Origin: Gammaproteobacteria bacterium
GTDB taxonomy: Bacteria > Pseudomonadota > Gammaproteobacteria > JABDGN01
Assembly: GCA_013285995.1 (NCBI GenBank)
Contig: JABDGN010000005.1
Location: forward strand, 1-58,079
Length of the DNA: 58,079 nucleotides
Direction: 5' to 3'
The position numbers and the translations under genes were made by a program. Below, one piece after another: positions 28,518-37,504 of the stretch (position 1 is its first letter; each line of letters begins with the position of its first letter). Under the pieces are notes generated by a model. The model was not told the origin of the DNA, did not search any database, and was given only the letters and a program-made list of their open reading frames with translations.

Positions 28518-29378
28518 ATGAACTATCGTCATCTTTATCATGCAGGAAATTTCGCAGATGTTGCGAAGCATGTAGTGTTGGTTGAATTAATTAAAGCTTT
28601 GCAACGCAAAGACAAGCCCTTTTGTTATATCGATACGCATGCGGGGATTGGTCGATATAATTTAACTTCGACTGAAGCGCAGAAAACTCGCGAGTATGAA
28701 AATGGGATTGAGAAGGTGTTGGCGGCGAGTGATGCGCCAGAAGAGTTGCAAAAATATTTAGAGATTGTAGAAAAAGTTGATTTAAAAAACCTGGATTCCC
28801 GCCTGCGCGGGAATGGCGTGTGCTTACAACATTACCCCGGCTCACCTTGCATCGCGCGTACTTTATTGCGCCCCCACGATCGCATGATATTAAATGAACT
28901 GCACCCCGACGACATTAAAATTTTAAAACAAGAATTCAAAGGCGACCAACAAGTTGCCATCCATGAACGCGATGCGTACGAATTTCTTAATGCCATTTTG
29001 CCACCGCAAGAAAAACGCGGTTTAATTTTAATTGATCCCGCCTATGAGAAAATCGATGAAACTGAGCAATTATTAACAGCACTGCAAAAAGCCTTGCAAC
29101 GTTTTAGTAATGGCGTGTATGCGATTTGGTTGCCGATTAAAGATATTAGTTACTCAAATTTTTATACGCAACTAAAAAATCAGTGCAGCGCAGAAATTTT
29201 AATTGTTGAACTTACTTTAAGTGAAATTCCTGAGCAAGGTTTTGGTTTAATGGGTTGTGCGATGATCATCATCAATCCGCCGTATCAAATAGCAGAAATT
29301 TTGCAGCCCCAATTAGAGTGGCTGTGGAAGGTGTGGACGGATGGGAAAAGAGGGCAGGTGAATATTTTTTCCATGTAG
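28518..29378 (+). CDS. rlmJ: 23S rRNA (adenine2030-N6)-methyltransferase RlmJ
   Basis: MNYRHLYHAGNFADVAKH, YPGSP and LIDPAYE motifs. The ATG immediately follows the upstream TAA. The TAG stop lies in a family-B repeat end. Confidence 0.85.
   Translation: MNYRHLYHAGNFADVAKHVVLVELIKALQRKDKPFCYIDTHAGIGRYNLTSTEAQKTREYENGIEKVLAASDAPEELQKYLEIVEKVDLKNLDSRLRGNGVCLQHYPGSPCIARTLLRPHDRMILNELHPDDIKILKQEFKGDQQVAIHERDAYEFLNAILPPQEKRGLILIDPAYEKIDETEQLLTALQKALQRFSNGVYAIWLPIKDISYSNFYTQLKNQCSAEILIVELTLSEIPEQGFGLMGCAMIIINPPYQIAEILQPQLEWLWKVWTDGKRGQVNIFSM
28791..28815. repeat. Family-A hairpin (ATTCCC-N8-GGGAAT) lying in frame inside rlmJ
   Basis: ctggattcccgcctgcgcgggaatg encodes LDSRLRGN(G), rlmJ codons 92-100. 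The same translation occurs in the spurious ORF start at 30912. Confidence 0.8.
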
Positions 29379-29489
29379 GTCGGCTTCCCGAGCTTCGTTG
29401 CAAACGAAGCGAGCAAGCCGACAGAATCAATTTTTAAAAATGTCGGCTTGCGAAGTCTTGCTTCGCAAGCCTTCGGGAAGCCGACCTAC
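29375..29489. repeat. Family-B double-hairpin element
   Basis: gtaggtcggcttcccgagcttcgttgcaaacgaagcgagcaagccgac ... gtcggcttgcgaagtcttgcttcgcaagccttcgggaagccgacctac. Confidence 0.85.
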
Positions 29490-30770
29490 ATGAAGTTAGC
29501 TTTATATTCCTGTATAATAAAGCCTCTCAACAATTTCCAAATCCCCGTGAAAAACTTTTTCCACACCGCCTTACTTTCTGTGAAAACCGAAACCTATTTC
29601 ACTTTACTCTTCATCATTATTCCTGCCTTAAATTTTATTTCCGGTTTAAACATTGATTTATACGCGCCTTCCCTGCCTGCAATTGCTACATATTACAGCG
29701 TATCGCCTGCACTGGTGAAAAGCACCATCGGGATTGGCATGGTGGGTTTTGCAATCGGCTGCGTGGTATTTGGTAGCTTATTTCACATCTTCTCACATCG
29801 CAGTATTATTTTGGGTGGTCTCTTAGGCTACGCTATTATGGGTTTGCTAGCGCTTATTTGTCCTAATATTGCAGTATTTTTTGTGATTCGCTTCATACAA
29901 GGTTTTTTAATTTCTATTATGTCGGTCGGCGCACGCGTCGTGATGGTAGAAAATTTTTCCGGCCATCGCCTCAACGTAGGCTTATTGTATATTTCGCTCG
30001 CTTTTAGTTTAGGCACGATTTTAGCGCCGTTTATTGGTGGGATGTTGCAATATCATTTTGGTTGGCACGCTAATTTTTTAGCTTACACTGTTTTTGCTGG
30101 CCTGCTATTTCTAGCTTATGCCTTATTTATCAGCGAGAAAAATTTTGTGAAAGAAAAAATCTCAGTCCGGCAGATTGCTGTTAATTATTCACGCGTTTTG
30201 CGCAGTCGTTTATTTGTTGCCGGTATGTTAATGGTGAGTTGCGCTTACACTGCAGCGATGGTGTTTCCAACCGTGGGTGGTTTTTTGGTTGAGACAGTAT
30301 TGCAGCGCAGTGCCATTGCTTATGGTAATGCAGCTTTACTAATTGGGTTAGGGTTTTTATTCGGTAGTTTGCTTAATCGCCTTTTTATTAAAACCATCAT
30401 CATGCTACGGCTGATTAGCATTGGATTTATAATGTTATTGGTTTTCACTGTGTTGCAAGTGGTGCTAGCCATGTTTGCGCCATTCAATTTGTTCGTCATA
30501 GTATTGCCTATTTTTTTAATTGGCTTTGCCTTGGGTTTTACCAACAACAATATTATGGTGATTTGCTTGCGGCATTTTACCGGCCATGCTTCCATTGTAA
30601 GCGCGGCTTTTTTGAGTTTACAATTGTTGGTGGCTTCTTGTATATTATTTGTAGTGAGTCATATTCATGTTGAAGGTTTAAAAATGTTGGCTGCTATTTT
30701 TGCAGTACTCAGTTTGTCGCAGATAGTGTTATATTATGCGGTGTTTAAACCGGTAGCTAAGGAAATTTGA
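29490..30770 (+). CDS. MFS transporter (Bcr/CflA-like); start uncertain (ATG 29490 or GTG 29547)
   Basis: 12 predicted TM helices. GLNIDLYAPSLPAIA motif typical of the Bcr/CflA subfamily. Codons before 29490 are repeat sequence. Confidence 0.75.
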   Translation: MKLALYSCIIKPLNNFQIPVKNFFHTALLSVKTETYFTLLFIIIPALNFISGLNIDLYAPSLPAIATYYSVSPALVKSTIGIGMVGFAIGCVVFGSLFHIFSHRSIILGGLLGYAIMGLLALICPNIAVFFVIRFIQGFLISIMSVGARVVMVENFSGHRLNVGLLYISLAFSLGTILAPFIGGMLQYHFGWHANFLAYTVFAGLLFLAYALFISEKNFVKEKISVRQIAVNYSRVLRSRLFVAGMLMVSCAYTAAMVFPTVGGFLVETVLQRSAIAYGNAALLIGLGFLFGSLLNRLFIKTIIMLRLISIGFIMLLVFTVLQVVLAMFAPFNLFVIVLPIFLIGFALGFTNNNIMVICLRHFTGHASIVSAAFLSLQLLVASCILFVVSHIHVEGLKMLAAIFAVLSLSQIVLYYAVFKPVAKEI

Positions 30771-30807
30771 TGTTAAAATAATTTGTACACGATGTTTTAA
30801 ATACTCG

Positions 30808-30941
30808 GTCGTTATTCCCGCGAAGGCGGGAATCCAGATCAAAAATAAGCTTATTTCAATTTATTGTTTACTAGAAATAGCAAACAATGGCGATTGAAGT
30901 AAAATAATTTAATGCTGGATTCCCGCCTTCGCGGGAATGAC
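30808..30941. repeat. Family-A pair of inverted hairpins flanking a 77-bp AT-rich insert
   Basis: gtcgttattcccgcgaaggcgggaatccag ... ctggattcccgccttcgcgggaatgac. Confidence 0.85.
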
Positions 30942-31016
30942 AAATATTTTTTGAATAATTGGCAAAAATTATCGTGTACAAAGGTTCAAATATTATTTTT
31001 TAAAAGGTCTCTTCTT

Positions 31017-32423
31017 ATGAAAAAATTATTGTTAGGCTTATTCTTGTCAATTATTGCTGTTGTAGTTTTTGCAGCCACTGATACGCCCACTACGATTTTG
31101 ATCGTCAAACCCATCACGATTACAGTTGATGGAAAATCAGCGCCATCTTATTTAATCACCCAACCCGATGGCACTTGGGGATACGTTGGGACAGAAGGAC
31201 AAGAATTTAATGCCCGCGTGATGAATGAAACAAAAGTGCCCATCAGTATGCATTGGCATGGTTTAATTTTACCGAACGATCAAGATGGCGTCCCTGGCAT
31301 TACGCAGCCAGGCCCGATTCAACCTGGTGCTTATCAAGATTTCCATTTTAAATTAGTACAAAGTGGCACTTACTGGATGCACACGCATTTTGGTTTGACT
31401 GCGCAACAACAATTAGATGCGCCGTTTATTATTACTGCCCCAAATGGTCCTTATAAAAATGCGCAAAATGTGGTGATGTTTTTGAGTGATTTTAGTTTCC
31501 GCTCACCGGAAATGATTGACAAACAATTACACCAAGGCATGAAAATGGATAAAGATATGTCTGGCATGCAGATGGATCATGGCCCCGATTTAAATGATGT
31601 GAAATACGATGCTTTTCTCACTAATTACCAAACCTTACAAAGCCCATCAATTACCACTGTAAAACCAGGTGCTACTGTGCGCTTGCGTATTATTAACGCC
31701 GCGGCGGCGAGCAATTTTTTTATTCACTTAGGTAAGTTAACGGGCACGGTGATTGCGACCGATGGACAAGCGATTAAGCCAGTGAAAGGTTCCACCTTTT
31801 CGATGAGCGAAGCACAGCGGCTTGATATCATTGTGCACATTCCAAATACTGCAAAGCAAAGCTATCCGATTTTAGCGCAAGGGGAAGGTACTAATCTGCA
31901 AACCGGTTTGATTTTAGCAACACCGGGCGCAACTGTTCCGCAACTGAGCATGACAGCAGTTACCACAGCGGGAGCGATTGATCCCTTACAAGATACGCGC
32001 TTTCATGCCGTCAATCCTTTACCCGTCAAACCGATTACGCGTAAAATTTTAGTGACTTTGCAAGGTAATATGCAACAGTATGAATGGATGATCAATGGTC
32101 AACAATGGCCCCACGTGACGCCGCTGATGGTTAAAAAAGGCGATCGAGTTGAAATAACTATTATCAATGAAACCGGTATGGCCCATCCCATGCATTTGCA
32201 CGGCCATGTATTTCAAGTGACGAGTGTGAATGGCAAAGTGATTAAAGATGGCCCTTTGCGTGATACCGTGTTCGTACCGGCCAACGGTAAAGTAACGATT
32301 ATTTTTGATGCGAATAATCCGGGCGTGTGGATGTTCCATTGTCATATTTTGTATCACAGTGAAAATGGTATGATGACCGTGGTGCAGTATGAAGGCGTGC
32401 CAACACCGAAGATGCTAAAGTAA
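31017..32423 (+). CDS. multicopper oxidase (CopA/PcoA-like)
   Basis: Signal peptide from the Met at 31017. Copper ligand motifs HWHG, WMHTH, HPMHLHGH, HCHILYHSENGMM. Confidence 0.85.
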   Translation: MKKLLLGLFLSIIAVVVFAATDTPTTILIVKPITITVDGKSAPSYLITQPDGTWGYVGTEGQEFNARVMNETKVPISMHWHGLILPNDQDGVPGITQPGPIQPGAYQDFHFKLVQSGTYWMHTHFGLTAQQQLDAPFIITAPNGPYKNAQNVVMFLSDFSFRSPEMIDKQLHQGMKMDKDMSGMQMDHGPDLNDVKYDAFLTNYQTLQSPSITTVKPGATVRLRIINAAAASNFFIHLGKLTGTVIATDGQAIKPVKGSTFSMSEAQRLDIIVHIPNTAKQSYPILAQGEGTNLQTGLILATPGATVPQLSMTAVTTAGAIDPLQDTRFHAVNPLPVKPITRKILVTLQGNMQQYEWMINGQQWPHVTPLMVKKGDRVEITIINETGMAHPMHLHGHVFQVTSVNGKVIKDGPLRDTVFVPANGKVTIIFDANNPGVWMFHCHILYHSENGMMTVVQYEGVPTPKMLK

Positions 32424-32438
32424 AATTTTAAAGTAGTT

Positions 32439-32529
32439 GTCATTCCCGCGAAAGCGGGAATCCAGTTTTTGAGCAGCTTGTAAAACCTTGGATCCCCACT
32501 TCGAGGCTAAAGCTCCTCGTGAGAATGGC
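32439..32529. repeat. Family-A element, second arm degenerate
   Basis: gtcattcccgcgaaagcgggaatccag ... cttggatccccacttcgaggctaaagctcctcgtgagaatggc. Confidence 0.65.
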
Positions 32530-32589
32530 AAAGCAAAAAAATATTGTGCATGACAAGCTAAAAAAATTTAATGATGGAGTAAATTATTA

Positions 32590-33048
32590 ATGCCAAACAC
32601 CCTACAAATGTACAATAAATTATGCCGCTACCCTGGTGGAAAATGGCTATTTGGTAAATTCGTCTGCCGTATGGCGCCGTATTTCGGCACCATCAAACCG
32701 CGCTTTGTGGAATTGAAACCCGGCTATTGCGAAGCCACTTTACACAAACGTCGCTGTGTGGAAAATCATTTACACACCGTGCATGCGATCGCAATGGCGA
32801 ATTTATGTGAATTAACTGCGGGCTTAATGACGGAAGTCAGCATTCCCAAACAGATGCGCTGGATCCCCATCAGCATGGAAATTTTTTATTTGCGCAAAGC
32901 GAAGACGGATGTGAAAGGTGTAGCAAAATTAGAGCTACCCACTTGGCAAGATAGCCAAGATATTAAAGTGCCGGTGAGCGTGACGGATAAAGATAATAAT
33001 GAAGTGGTGAAAGCGGTGATCAGCATGCGAGTGTCAAAACGCGATTAA
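32590..33048 (+). CDS. DUF4442 hotdog-fold (thioesterase-like) protein
   Basis: 152 aa. The pattern YPGGKWLFGKFVCRMAPYFGTI...VENHLHTVHAIAMANLCE is typical of the DUF4442/YiiD C-terminal family. Confidence 0.55.
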   Translation: MPNTLQMYNKLCRYPGGKWLFGKFVCRMAPYFGTIKPRFVELKPGYCEATLHKRRCVENHLHTVHAIAMANLCELTAGLMTEVSIPKQMRWIPISMEIFYLRKAKTDVKGVAKLELPTWQDSQDIKVPVSVTDKDNNEVVKAVISMRVSKRD

Positions 33049-33067
33049 GGATGCACAGTAAGCATAA

Positions 33068-33733
33068 CTATCTCCGTCCATCGGCATAGACTACATAATA
33101 ATCGATGTAAAATGCAGCCTCATTGCGCGTTTCTTTAACCGAAGTTCTCGTTTGCATAGTGTTTATCCAACGCAAAAGTTGCACACAATCGTTGGGGATT
33201 TTGGTTTGGCGGTAATGTCCATTGACGACAAAGCGTTCGAAAAAAGGATACAAGGCAATATCAACTAAAGAAATATTTTCGCCAAACATAAACGCTGCAT
33301 TTTGGCTCCATTTTCCAAACAAGTTTTCTTCAATAAAACGCAGTGTTTTCAGCATTTTATTTCTCAACTCATCTTGTTGCGCTTTATCTTGGCTGCGTAG
33401 CAGTTGATAAAACAAAGGCACAAAATCGCTGCTGGCGTAAGCAATCCAGATTCGCATATGGGCTTTTATAGCTGGGTCAGATGATAATAAATGCGGCTCT
33501 GGAAATATTTCATCCAGATATTCGTTAATAACAGCGCTCTCATAAATATGCTGACCATTATGATTTAATAACGGTACTTTGCCATACGGTGAAATGCTGG
33601 CATACCAATCCGGTTTGTTGCGTAAATCAATTTCAACCAGTTTAAAGTCAAGCTGTTTTTCTTTGGCACAAATCAGTGTGCGTTGTGCGAAGGGGCAGAC
33701 TTTCGCGCTGTAGATTTCAAGCGTATTAGACAT
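33068..33733 (-). CDS. glutathione S-transferase (thioredoxin-like N-domain with CPF motif)
   Basis: LEIYSAKVCPFAQR..., GKVPLL, ESAVINEYL. GAGGAA RBS before the Met at 33733. Confidence 0.75.
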   Translation of the reverse strand: MSNTLEIYSAKVCPFAQRTLICAKEKQLDFKLVEIDLRNKPDWYASISPYGKVPLLNHNGQHIYESAVINEYLDEIFPEPHLLSSDPAIKAHMRIWIAYASSDFVPLFYQLLRSQDKAQQDELRNKMLKTLRFIEENLFGKWSQNAAFMFGENISLVDIALYPFFERFVVNGHYRQTKIPNDCVQLLRWINTMQTRTSVKETRNEAAFYIDYYVVYADGRR

Positions 33734-33807
33734 GTTGGGTTCCTCATTAGAGATACATGGTAGCACCAAAGAGTCGGTGAATCAATGAAGTTTGAAAGTG
33801 TCATTAA

Positions 33808-34032
33808 TTAATTGGCAAATGTATCAAAAGGCCCAAAGGGAAGATAAGTCCACGTTTCGCCTGCATTATTAAATTGAAATGCTTCAAACAAAAGTTCGGC
33901 ATGAGTTGCCATATCGAAAGGCTCGAGCAAACAATATTGCCCCTGCATGGGAGTTAAAGACGGCAATTGTCGGGGCTGCCAGTTATTAACTGGATAACCA
34001 ATTGGCTGATTAAATTGATTTTGATGGCTCAT
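33808..34032 (-). pseudogene. N-terminal 74-aa fragment of a GNAT (RimJ/RimL-like) acetyltransferase
   Basis: The pattern GQYCLLEPFDMATHAELLFEAF...WTYLPFGPF matches the N-terminal third of ~200-aa GNAT proteins. The acetyl-CoA binding core is absent. Confidence 0.45.
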
Positions 34033-34103
34033 TGTTTTAAAACCTTTGATAGGAGTAAAATGGTAACTTTAATTATACCGAAAATTTAATGAGGGGATTT
34101 AAT

Positions 34104-34886
34104 ATGAAAATATGGTCTGTCGATGCCTTTGCTAGCAAACCCTACACCGGTAATCCGGCTGCGGTGACAATTGTAGAAGAATTTCCCAGCGATGAAGTGT
34201 GCCAAAAAATTGCAGCGGAAATTAATTTATCTGAAACGGCATTTGTTAAGCCTTTGGGAAGTAACCATTTCCACATTCGTTGGTTTACGCCGGCTGTTGA
34301 AGTAAAACTCTGTGGCCATGCAACCTTAGCCGCTACGCATATTTTATTGCAGGAAGATTTGGTAAACAATGCACCCATTAATTTTGATTCACTGAGTGGC
34401 ATTTTGCAAACTCAAAAAACAGCGCAAGGTATTACGCTTAATTTTCCTTTGCAAGCGACAGGGCCCCGTTTAGAGCATGAATCTTTTAACGATTTATTTG
34501 GTAACCAAATCGTGACCATTGAGAAAGCCTTTGATGATGTTATTGTTGAGCTTAACGATGAAAAAAATATTTATGATTTTGTGCCTGTCATTGAAAAAAT
34601 TAATCAAATTGACTGCCGAGGGTTAATTATTACGGCACGTGGTAAAAATAAATATGATTTCATATCGCGTTTTTTTGGGCCGCGGGTTGGAGTGGCTGAA
34701 GATCCAGTGACGGGTTCAGCGCATTGTAAGCTCGCTTATTATTGGCAACAGCGGCTAAAGAAAAATAATTTTTTGGCATACCAAGCCTCTAAGCGAGGCG
34801 GTGAGTTGATATTAGAAATTAATGATGATCGGGTATTGATGACGGGTAGCGCTATCACGATTTCTTGTGGAAATTGGTTAGTGTGA
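34104..34886 (+). CDS. PhzF-family isomerase
   Basis: VDAFASKPYTGNPAAV, SETAFV, LCGHATLA, DPVTGSAHC motifs. Confidence 0.8.
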   Translation: MKIWSVDAFASKPYTGNPAAVTIVEEFPSDEVCQKIAAEINLSETAFVKPLGSNHFHIRWFTPAVEVKLCGHATLAATHILLQEDLVNNAPINFDSLSGILQTQKTAQGITLNFPLQATGPRLEHESFNDLFGNQIVTIEKAFDDVIVELNDEKNIYDFVPVIEKINQIDCRGLIITARGKNKYDFISRFFGPRVGVAEDPVTGSAHCKLAYYWQQRLKKNNFLAYQASKRGGELILEINDDRVLMTGSAITISCGNWLV

Positions 34887-34970
34887 GCTATGAATCTCTA
34901 TAGAAGAAGCATTGACGTGGTTGCCGAGAAATAATTCTTTTTATTACTAACCTTTGTTAAGGTATAAATT

Positions 34971-35333
34971 ATGCAACATACTGAATTGCTGAAAACTTTA
35001 CAAACTTTAGAAGAGCAAATAGTTGATCCGAAGTTTAGAAAATCGAGTGCCTTTTTAAACCAAGTACTGGCTGATGATTTTATGGAAATAGGATCGTCTG
35101 GGAAAATATACAATAAAGCTGAAGTAATAGCTGCTTTGCAAGTTGCAGAAGATTCCTCAATAATATTACGCGATTTTAAGTTAATTGCGCTGGCAGACAA
35201 TGTGGCATTACTTACCTTTGCCGCTGTGAATAAAAATATTACTTCCTTGCGCAGCTCAATTTGGAGATTAAATGCTGGGAAATGGCAATTACTCTTTCAC
35301 CAAGGAACGAAATGCGATCAATCGACCCGGTAA
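34971..35333 (+). CDS. DUF4440 / NTF2-like (SnoaL-fold) protein
   Basis: 120 aa. LADDFMEIGSSGKIYNKAEVIAAL and SIWRLNAGKWQLLFHQGT are typical of DUF4440. Confidence 0.6.
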   Translation: MQHTELLKTLQTLEEQIVDPKFRKSSAFLNQVLADDFMEIGSSGKIYNKAEVIAALQVAEDSSIILRDFKLIALADNVALLTFAAVNKNITSLRSSIWRLNAGKWQLLFHQGTKCDQSTR

Positions 35334-35403
35334 GGAGATTGAAAGAGTTAAAATTAGGTTGCTTGAACTGTAGCAAGCAGCTAAGGTATAAATAAAATGG
35401 AAT

Positions 35404-35566
35404 TAGGGCGTGTCCCTAATCTTTATCTTGACTGCAAAAAAAGCGTAATCGGCTAAAATTCGCCAAAATTTTCGTCACATAGAATAACTATTCTCCTCAA
35501 ATTTTGACAAATTTTATCTCAATTATCTTTTTTTTCGTTGCAATTAAAGATTAGGGACACGCCCTA
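35404..35566. mobile_element. 163-bp MITE-like element with perfect 22-bp terminal inverted repeats
   Basis: tagggcgtgtccctaatcttta (35404-35425) and its exact reverse complement (35545-35566) flank a 119-bp non-coding AT-rich core. Each end is itself a small palindrome (TTAGGG..CCCTAA). Confidence 0.65.
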
Positions 35567-35589
35567 CATAACGCTTTTTTTTACTTGCA

Positions 35590-35637
35590 TTAAGTAGACA
35601 ATTATACTATACTTGAATGGTATAATTGTCTACTTAA
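35590..35637 (+). promoter_or_regulatory. perfect 18-bp inverted repeat (operator candidate) overlapping the abiEi promoter/start region
   Basis: ttaagtagacaattatac (35590-35607), 12-nt spacer, gtataattgtctacttaa (35620-35637). Both arms contain TATAAT-like hexamers. Confidence 0.55.
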
Positions 35638-35648
35638 TGGTGTCTGGC

Positions 35649-36188
35649 ATGAAACAATTGGAAGCTATCCAAACTTTGAGAGAATTTGACCAACAAAGAA
35701 AATATGTTTTTATAAAACATGATTTGGCTAAATTATTTTTAAATGATAATGCCAAAACTTTGGACGAAGGATTAAATCGTCTCGTAAAAGCCAATCTCCT
35801 TAAACGTGCTTGCCGTGGTGTTTACGTCAATGAGTACGCACAATGTTTCGATAGTTATACCATAGAACACATCGCAAAAGCATTGCGAAGAAATGCTTAT
35901 AATTATGTCAGCCTTGAGTCGGCCTTATCTGAGTATGGGCTAATTTCTCAAATTCCTTTAGATCGGCTTACCGTGATGACAACAGGTAGAAAGGGTATCT
36001 ATAAAACCCCCTATGGTATTATTGAGTTCACACATACAAAGCGATCAGTCATCAATATATTGGATCACATTCAAATAGTCACAGACAGACCACTACGTAT
36101 TGCTACCAAAGAAACCGCATTGAGAGATTTAAAACGTGTCGGGCGTAATTTACATTTATTACAGCTAGAGGATCTCAAGCATGAATAA
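35649..36188 (+). CDS. AbiEi-family type IV antitoxin / transcriptional regulator
   Basis: N-terminal wHTH-like region (FIKHDLAKLF...GLNRLVKANLLKRACRGVYV) and SLESALSEYGLISQIP are typical of AbiEi. The stop overlaps the ATG of the downstream remnant. Confidence 0.6.
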   Translation: MKQLEAIQTLREFDQQRKYVFIKHDLAKLFLNDNAKTLDEGLNRLVKANLLKRACRGVYVNEYAQCFDSYTIEHIAKALRRNAYNYVSLESALSEYGLISQIPLDRLTVMTTGRKGIYKTPYGIIEFTHTKRSVINILDHIQIVTDRPLRIATKETALRDLKRVGRNLHLLQLEDLKHE

Positions 36189-36267
36189 AAGCGAAGATTT
36201 TAATTTGTTGGTAGAAAGAGCGATCCGTATTCCAGGCCGCACACGTATGCGTCCCGCTATTGCATAA
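36181..36267 (+). pseudogene. remnant (28 codons) of the cognate AbiEii nucleotidyltransferase toxin
   Basis: The ATG overlaps the abiEi stop (ATGAATAA). MNKSEDFNLLVERAIRIPGRTRMRPAIA then stops, where a ~250-300-aa toxin is expected. Only ~150 nt remain before alaX. Confidence 0.45.
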
Positions 36268-36421
36268 GAGAGTGGCTAATGGGTAACCCAGCTTTAACAT
36301 TTGAACACGTATGGCGAGCACGAGAAGCTTGGATTCAACGCCTAAGTCGAATTTGATCGGGTTAATCTGACGTGTTACGCTAAAGTGCTTTTTTTATCAG
36401 GAAAATGATGGGTGAATCAAT

Positions 36422-37063
36422 ATGATGCGCAAAATATTTTGGGATGATCCTTATCAAACAGAGTTAGATACTCATGTTGCCAAAGCGCATGACAACGAAG
36501 TTTTATTTTCCGAAACCATCGCTTATTCTTTTTCCGGCGGGCAGGAGAGTGATAAAGCCACTGTCAATAATATTCCGATACTCAATTCCCGCATGGAAGA
36601 TACACTGATTTATTACACGTTGCCAGATGAGCATGGTTTAAAAGTAGGCGATGCTGTGCATATGAGCATCGATTGGCCACGTCGTTATCGTTTAATGCGC
36701 TTGCATTTTGCTGCTGAGTTAATATTAGAAATTATCACGCAGAAATTCCACTTTGAAAAAGTGGGCGCACATATTGCTGAGAGCAAGGCACGGATTGATT
36801 TTAAATCAGATGAAAATATTAAATCCACATTCGATATAGTACTAGCAGAGTATAACCGCATTATTGAAAGCGATTTGCCAATTCATAAGGATTTTTCGGA
36901 TGTAGCAACCCAACGACGGTTTTGGAAAATCGAGGGCTTTGCACAAGTGCCCTGTGGTGGCACGCATGTGAAATCCACCGGCGAAGTTGGGTTTATTAGT
37001 TTAAAGCGCGACAGGCCCGGCAAGGGAATTGAAAGAGTTGAAATTCGCTTAATGAATAATTGA
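36422..37063 (+). CDS. AlaX-type alanyl-tRNA editing domain protein
   Basis: 213 aa with the C-terminal VPCGGTHV zinc/editing motif and an LHFAAE helix. Confidence 0.6.
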   Translation: MMRKIFWDDPYQTELDTHVAKAHDNEVLFSETIAYSFSGGQESDKATVNNIPILNSRMEDTLIYYTLPDEHGLKVGDAVHMSIDWPRRYRLMRLHFAAELILEIITQKFHFEKVGAHIAESKARIDFKSDENIKSTFDIVLAEYNRIIESDLPIHKDFSDVATQRRFWKIEGFAQVPCGGTHVKSTGEVGFISLKRDRPGKGIERVEIRLMNN

Positions 37064-37089
37064 TTTGCTAAATATAATTGGGAAAAAGC

Positions 37090-37494
37090 ATGGAACCTCA
37101 TTTAACAACTAACCCAAAACTGCTCTCTGTTTTGGAAGTACTTAAACAGCGCGAGCCTATTTTCCATCGTCCGGAGTGTGGCACAAGCCACGCTGATTTT
37201 GAAAATATGACAGTAGATGATTTTTGGGAAGTTGGCGCTTCTGGCAAAACTTACAGCAGAGAATGTGTGATTAGCACGGTCGTTAAACGTTATGAAGATC
37301 CAAACTATGTCAAAGAAGATATATGGAAAACAACAAATTTTCATTGTCGTGAAATAGCACCTGATAACTATCTGCTAACGTATACTCTTTTTCAAGGCCA
37401 CGAACAGCGAAAAACCCGCCGTGTAACTCTTTGGCGATATTCGGAAGGTAATTGGAAAATAATATATCACCAAGGTACAGTTGTGCAGAGATAA
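37090..37494 (+). CDS. DUF4440 / NTF2-like protein (second paralogue)
   Basis: DDFWEVGASGKTYSRECVI and LWRYSEGNWKIIYHQGT parallel the ORF at 34971. Confidence 0.55.
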   Translation: MEPHLTTNPKLLSVLEVLKQREPIFHRPECGTSHADFENMTVDDFWEVGASGKTYSRECVISTVVKRYEDPNYVKEDIWKTTNFHCREIAPDNYLLTYTLFQGHEQRKTRRVTLWRYSEGNWKIIYHQGTVVQR

Positions 37495-37504
37495 AAGAGT
37501 AACG

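Noticed and set aside
35404-35425. TTAGGG / CCCTAA hexamers in the MITE ends, considered as telomere-like repeats
   Set aside because: They are single copies forming the stem of the terminal palindrome, with no tandem array. The resemblance is coincidental.
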